From the human T2T-CHM13v2.0 reference genome, Homo sapiens, in the NCBI RefSeq assembly GCF_009914755.1, contig NC_060931.1: DNA of 64,000 nt. One strand, written 5' to 3'. The position numbers and the translations under genes are program-made. The notes beneath the pieces were generated by a model. It was given only the letters and a program-made list of their open reading frames with translations. It ran no database searches and was not told the DNA's origin. Below, one piece after another: positions 57,397 to 64,000 of this stretch; within the stretch, counting starts at the first letter, position 1, and each line of letters starts with the position of its first letter.

Positions 57397-58192
57397 ACCA
57401 CATTTATTTATCACAGCAGCTATTATTATCCCTGTTCTATATAGATGAAGAAATGGGGGTTTAACAAATTGCCCAAGATGATAGAGCTTTGCCCAATCTA
57501 TCCATGTACCATCAAGGCCATAGCTTTGCCCTTATTTTGCTTGAAGTTGAAAATTTCTTTTATATTGTTGTTTGATTTTGTTGTATTACAAAGCCAAATC
57601 TAAAGAATTTCACTGTAATAATATGCATAGTAGGTGTAATTAGAGGTAGGCTTACTTTGTTTATTTATAGATTTAGTTTGCAATTTAAAATCCATGAAGT
57701 GATAGCATGTGTCATAGCCCATCATGAATTTCGAATGAAAACACTGTGGCTGTACTGAGCTTCTGAGAAAAATCCAAGCGGGTAAGCAGGAGTTCTGAGA
57801 TGGAGACGCACAATCTTAATTACATTAGCTGCCTCCTTGGGCTATTTTGTGTATGTAGTGGGGTGGGCAGTGGGCTTGGTTCTTAATGTAATGAGTGATT
57901 TCACCAAGGAGGGAGACAGGGCTTGACTTGATGTGTATGGGTAGTAAGTGGATTACTAGAAGACTTAAGAACAGGGAGGTTAGAGGAAATTGTCACATTT
58001 TCACTGGGTTAGGAATTTTAAAACAAAAATACGAGCTTCAATGAGAGAAGGAACATACATGGCCTATTTTAATGATCATGAGAGCAAGAGACTGTCTGAA
58101 GTAAGGTTCAATTGCAAGATTCAAAGGTAGGACAATGAGCATGTTGAAAGCTAAGGAGAGGAATAAGTGTAGGAGGAATACATTATTAGGGA

Positions 58193-58260
58193 AAAGGAAA
58201 CGCAAATTGTATTTCCTTTGCAATTTGCAAAGGAAAATTTGCAAATTTTCCTTTTGCAAA
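58193..58260. repeat. Chained inverted repeats / palindromes
   Basis: 12-bp-arm hairpin at 58212-58236; perfect 26-bp palindrome at 58229-58254. Confidence 0.93.
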
Positions 58261-59109
58261 ACTAAAGAGAATTGCAAAACGAAAGAAAAGGAGAGTGATG
58301 AAGAGAACCACATGGGCAAAAAAATAAAGATGTAGACAATTCTGGATGATGTTAACAAATGAATAAAGGCATGTGCCAGCAGTTTGCTTAGGGCAGCTAG
58401 TCTATTCAGACAGAGAGTTACAGGGTCCGTCCAAGGGGTGGAGGCACAGGCGGCTGTGGTGGAGGGGTGCTGGGGCTGAGGTCCAGTGAGCTGCCTGCCT
58501 CTGTGTCAAGAAAGAAGAACTGAAGGTCACATTCTGGAAACAGAAATCCACTTTCCTAGGGGCAGTGTGAAATGTTAAAAGGTTTTATGTTATGCCAGAG
58601 AGGATAGTTAGACAATTAGAGTTATCTGAAGGTTGACAAGGCAGCAGGCTTAGATGAATTACACTCCAGCAGTGTGGAGAGGAAGCGCCAGTGAAATGTG
58701 AAATTTGGAGAGGCTGAGCCACTCCCAGCACTGGGGGAAAGGAGGTGGCTCTTTGAATTCTGCGGTGCGGGAATGGCAGAGCACACCTGGAAGCCAGGAG
58801 GGAGCAGGTGTTACCCTTGAACCAGGCAGACGTGGGGGAGGCCCAGGCGTCTCATCTCTCCCCTCCTCCTGCCCTGTGGGAAGAGCATAGTCCCCCTCTG
58901 CCTTTTTCTTTCCTTTTGTCTTCAGTCCGCCCTCCCTGACTAGTACATGGTCGGTCAATCCTGTCATAGAACAGAAACTAGATGTTTCCAGAATTTTTAT
59001 GCCACAGCGCTTGAATGTTCTATTGTTTCACAATGCTTTGACACTTAGAAGACAATACTACATAGTAGACACTTAAAATAATAGGAAAAATTGTCTGTCA
59101 AATAAATGA

Positions 59110-59315
59110 CTTAGAAGACCTGGTTACTATGTCCAATAAATACTTGGTGTTTTATTTTACTCACCCCTCTTAACTTCTCCTTGTTTCAACACCTATAAAA
59201 TAAGAAGAGTAATATCTGCGCTCTTTACCAGTTTTCCTGAAGACCACATGAGATAAATATGTGAAAACACACTATGAAAAGCACAAAATGCTTTATAACC
59301 TATAGCATTATTTTT
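59110..59315 (+). mobile_element. MIR3-like
   Basis: ttagaagacctgg...cttaacttctc...tgagataaatatgtgaaaacac...aaaatgctttataa. Confidence 0.6.
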
Positions 59316-60240
59316 GTAAGAATGAAGCAAAACTGTAATTGTGTCTGAAATCTAAGAATGGATAGAGGGAAGATATATTCCACTGTAGACTCGAACATGA
59401 TTTGATTAAAGTCTGACTATAAGAGGAGAAACCACTTCCTGATGAATTATGAGACCCAATTTAAGGAATAAATTATTGGATTGGCTTTTAAAAAAGTCCA
59501 GTAGTGGCCGTAATTTATCTTGATTAGTGGAAAGGTTTCATAAACTACAGTGTGCAAAATATTGATCCATTTAGTAAGTACACCATGCAGGGGCCCCTGC
59601 AGAAGGCAGGCACCTCCAGCTCTGCAGAGGGCAGCACAGTGGCCCACTGCCTTTTATCACAGCTGTGGAACCAAATGGAAACTGGACGCCGTCACGGAAA
59701 ACGATCAGTCTGCATGACGGGCGCATGGAAAGGAAGCCTGACATTTGAAAACACGTTTCTTCCAAATATCTTTAAAGATTTCTGAACCAGAGCTCACCCA
59801 CCTATCTGTAGCCTCCAAATTATGAACAGAATCATGACAGAATTTGGGTTTGTTTCCCAGTGGCTCTGCCTTCTTTTGTTCTTAAATATTTTTTCCAAAC
59901 TCTCAGATCATAACCAAATAACAAAGGAAGCAGCTGTGATGCTCCTACACTGTGGTAAGTCCCCTTTGAGAATCGTCATTGTGGAAAGGAGAGAAACTTA
60001 GATTCTTGATTCTCAGTAGGTCGTTCTTGATGAACACTTGCTAACCCCAAGGCATTCATTTACTGGAGCAAGGTTTTGTGCATTTCAGATGTCAGCCTGA
60101 GATTCTGGTAAGATGTTAGGAAGTGCTCCAGCTGGGAATTGCCACCATAGTTCCTTCTCAGCCTCACTTTAGAGAGGTCAAGTGCATCTAGAAAATGCCA
60201 GGCTTTAGAGTGACAGCATGAAATACCCCCTTGGGTTCTT

Positions 60241-60510
60241 TTTTCTTTTTCTTTTTCTTCTTCTTCTTTTTTTTTTTTTTTTTGGAGACAGTGTGTCACT
60301 CTGTTGCCTGGGTTGGAAAGCAGTGGTGTGATCATAGCTCACTGCAGCCTCAATCTCCTGGACTCAAACGATCCTCCCACCTCAGCCTCCTGAGTAGCAT
60401 GTGCCACTATGCCCAGTTAATTTTTAAAAACATTTTTTTGTAGAGATGAGTTCTCGCTATGTTGCCCAGGCTGGTCTCGTGCTCCTGCCCAAAAGGGATC
60501 TTCCTGCCTG
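60241..60510 (-). mobile_element. AluJ, 5'-truncated
   Basis: gatcatagctcactgcagcctc, ctcaaacgatcctcccacc, tcgctatgttgcccaggctgg; TSD gggttcttt. Confidence 0.9.
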
Positions 60511-60681
60511 GGTTCTTTCGCAGAATTCCAGAGGCTATTCCTACCTTTTGTAATGAAACTTCTCGATTTGCTCTCCTCTCCAACCACACCCTCCCCATCA
60601 GCATCTTCTCATCTGCCCTCTGGGGATGTGGATTCCCTTCGGCCTATGAAGGCAGGTCTCCCATTTAGGATATTCAAAAGC

Positions 60682-61010
<329 letters not shown>

Positions 61011-61377
61011 TCAACTCCAAACCCAAATGAGGAAGGCCATCAAATAAGATAGAAGGTAATGGTTCCCACTATTTGAGTAAGACAGCCACATGGGGACAAA
61101 TGGCTTGTGCAATTTAGTGGAGTAAATGGCACAGCCACATGACCTTGTTTGGCTTCTGTTGGTTAGCAGAGATCCTTGGCATCAGCCAGATCCATTTGTT
61201 TTCTTGAATCTTAGCTTTTCCTCTCCTTTGTCCCCAAATATCAAAGGGCAAACCACTTGACATCATTTCTAGCTGTCATTTCCCAATGCAGTAGTTTTAA
61301 AGCCTGAAAAGCCAAAGGCACCACTAGAAATTACATACATTGTGGGGCAACACGTGGAACTTAAAGAAAGTGAGCAT

Positions 61378-61445
61378 GAGGAGGAGAGGAGAGATGAGGC
61401 GAGGCGAGGGGAGGGGAGGCGAGGGGAGGGGAGGGGAGGAGAGGA
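61378..61445. repeat. (GAGGN)n purine-rich pentamer repeat
   Basis: gaggcgaggcgaggggaggggaggcgaggggaggggaggggaggagagg. Confidence 0.9.
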
Positions 61446-61559
61446 TGAATTGCTGCCAGGTGCTGCCCCACTTTTCATACCTATCCAAGTGACTCTTCCA
61501 GATTCTAAGTACATTCAGATTGTGTTTTAGTGAAATGCAGTAAAACAAACAGATGTTAA

Positions 61560-61720
61560 ATTGCTTTCATACATATCTTGTTTTATCCCCATAACAATTC
61601 AGTTTCTGGCTTTATCATACCTGTTTGAGAGATGAAAAAACAAGACTCAGTGAGATTTATGCTCCCCACCAAAAATCACAGCAAATTCACCACAGAACCT
61701 GAACAGTAACTGAGATCCCG
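61560..61720 (-). mobile_element. MIR
   Basis: tgctttcatacatatctt...ccccataacaa...agatgaaaaaacaagactcagtgag. Confidence 0.6.
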
Positions 61721-62569
61721 TGGAAGGAGAGCAGACCAGGGAGGCTGACGTTGTTATAGGAGTGTGTGCATTTTACCTATTAGTTCAAGGGGTTTTGTTG
61801 GTGTTTTATCATGCTCCACAACCAATAGCAAAAGCAACAAATAAATGGTATAGGACAGTGCAAAGGAATAGGATCATACCCAAGTGCGTTTTAACAAAAT
61901 AAGTAAACAATCAGTAAAATGTATCTGGGAGTGCTGGCTCCCTCAGGGCCCCTGGAACAGGGGTGCATAGTTAAGAAATATACAGAGTTCTGCTCTAAGA
62001 AAACGTGTATTCCTTAAAAACCACCACATTATACAAATCACACCAATAAAAACACAACAGTAATGAGAGAAATGGGGTTATGGACACAACATTTAAATAT
62101 GTTGTCAGTGAAAAATAAAAGGAACATAGTAAAAATCGGTAGCATAGTTTCACACAAGTTATATGGTTAAGAAATACATTGAAACTACAAGATATATGGC
62201 ACTTCACCTTGAAAAAAGCCCCAGAGTTCACTCGGAGGAGTAAGAGCTGAAAAGGCTATAGTTGTGAGTGTTTGGGAAGAGGTAGAAGCAAAGGTGTTGA
62301 AATCGGACGGAAGTAACACCAGACATGGATGCATGTGGCCTGTCACATGCGGAGAACCCAGGCAGTGGCAGCTTGATGGTGTGCAGCCATGTGTTTTATG
62401 AATTTCTACAGACTCAATTCCTGGGCTGCAAGCAGTTTTTCTGCATTCACTTAGTGCTTCTCCCAGACCAAATCACACATATGCGAACAGGAAATTAACC
62501 TGATGCTCAAATTGTTCTCTAATCTATCAATTACATTGAAACAAAGTCACATTTTCAAAGCAAGCATTT

Positions 62570-63560
62570 TAACAGAAGTGACTGCACCTAGGTCCTCCCT
62601 CTACGGAGCTTACAGTCTCCTTCAGAATAAAATATGGACAAATAGGAAATACTGGATTCGTAAGTGCCAAACTAATATGCAGGTGTTTTGGAAAGGGAGG
62701 GGCCGCTGGGGCAGTCAAAGAAGTTTGTTGCAAGAGGCAATTCCGGAAGAAATGACCTAAGCAAAGTCAGAGAAGTGGAGGTAATTGTGATGGGAGAAAA
62801 GAGAGGAAGAGGTAGAGGACAGAGAGGACAGCTGCTCAGGGGTGAATGAGAAACAGGTTTGAGCAGAAGCTGGGCTGGCTGTGATAAATACTGAGGAATG
62901 TCACTGGAATGTCACTGCAAAGGAGGTGTTTTTTAATGTTTGGGTGTAAATCAAGTCTGTAGCACAGACTGAGGGAATGAATATTTTACAGAATTGCTGT
63001 CATCGTTCTGTATCTTACAGCCCATTCTGTTCATTTCTCATTCAATAATATTTATTGAGTTTCTGTTGTATGCCAAACGCGTTCACAACTGTGGATTCAG
63101 CTGTGAACACAACGGGTGAAGCATCTACCGTAAGGAGTGGACATCCTAGCAGAGCAGGCACGTGGCTGCTGGTTAAGGAGACGGGCACCCAGTGAGCTCA
63201 AAAAGCAGCCAGGGCTGCGGCATGAGGCAGAATCAGGAGTCAGGGAAGGATGAGCCGTGGAGGAAGATGGCTGTCTCAGAGAGGATGGCCAGAGAGGTCC
63301 TCTCTAGAGAATTGACATGTGAATCCCGAGGTGCCCAAAAGGAGTGGGAGCAGGTCTCAAAAAGTTGGTCCCAGGCAGGGGAAGCAATGGATGGAAAAAT
63401 CTGACATGTGGAGAGGCAGCCACAAGTCTGTGGGGTGGGAGCGGTAGGAGAGGATGTGGGCTGGAGTCCATGGGTAGGAGTTGGGGCTTTATCCTCAGTT
63501 CCGTGGAAAGCTGCCAGGTCATGTTGAGCAGGAGTGTGTTGTGATCGGATTCACTTTTTA
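62570..63560 (-). mobile_element. L2 fragments (two)
   Basis: ggagcttacagtct at ~62606; cattcaataatatttattgagt...tgtatgccaa at ~63040; ttggggctttatcctcag...gagcaggagtgtgttgtgatcggattcactttt. Confidence 0.7.
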
Positions 63561-63565
63561 AAAAA

Positions 63566-63935
63566 TTATTTTATTTCCATAGGTTATTGGGGAACAGGTA
63601 GTGGTTGGTTACACAAGTAAGTTCTTTAGTGGTTATTCGTGGGATTTTGGTGCACCTATCGCCCAAGCAGTATACACTGCACTCAATTTATAGTCTTTTA
63701 TTCCTCACCCCTTTCCACTCTTTCCTCCTGAGTCCCCAAAGTCCGTTGTGCCATTGTGTCATTCTTATGCCTTTGCATCCTCATAGCTTAGCTCCCATTT
63801 ATGAGTGAGAACATATGATGGTTAGTTTTCCATTCCTGAGTTACTTCATCTAGAATAATAGTCTCTAATCTCACCTAGGTTGCTACAAATGCCATTAATT
63901 CATTCCTTTTTTATGGCTGAGTAGTATTCCTTCGT
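63566..63935 (-). mobile_element. L1PB-type 3' end (probably continues beyond the window)
   Basis: tttccataggttattggggaacagg...taagttctttagtggt...gagtccccaaagtcc...cattcttatgcctttgcatcctcatagcttagctccc...ttttttatggctgagtagtattcc. Confidence 0.93.
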
Positions 63936-64000
63936 ATATATATATAATACATATATATGTATAATATATATTATATATATTATGTATATATAAAATACAT
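63935..64000. repeat. TA-rich simple repeat
   Basis: tatatatatataatacatatatatgtataatatata... Confidence 0.9.

Overview
Primate (most likely human) non-coding genomic DNA, either intergenic or deep intronic. It is CpG-poor with no CpG island, and I recognise no host protein-coding exon, tRNA, rRNA or snRNA. The ORF track is explained by Alu, L1 and LTR read-through and by chance ORFs; the only true protein remnants are a decayed Hsmar2 mariner transposase and L1 ORF1/ORF2 relics. The window holds about 20 Alus, a near full-length Hsmar2 (31949-33217, minus), a Tigger2a, a ~6.5 kb ancient L1M(E)-type element riddled with younger insertions, several short L1 3' ends, many MIR/L2 relics, and solo LTRs (THE1C/D x2, MLT1/MST x4, MLT2A2, and a well-preserved HERV-E-type LTR2). 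I did not find a convincing novel biological system. The best leads are local: a possible LTR2-driven spliced non-coding transcript, a minisatellite born from L2 sequence, chained palindromes and hairpin expansions, tandem duplications, closely spaced inverted Alu pairs, and enhancer-like motif clusters. Subfamily names come from recalled consensus sequences, not a database search. Boundaries of old elements (MIR, L2, L1M) are approximate, and the locus itself is not identified.
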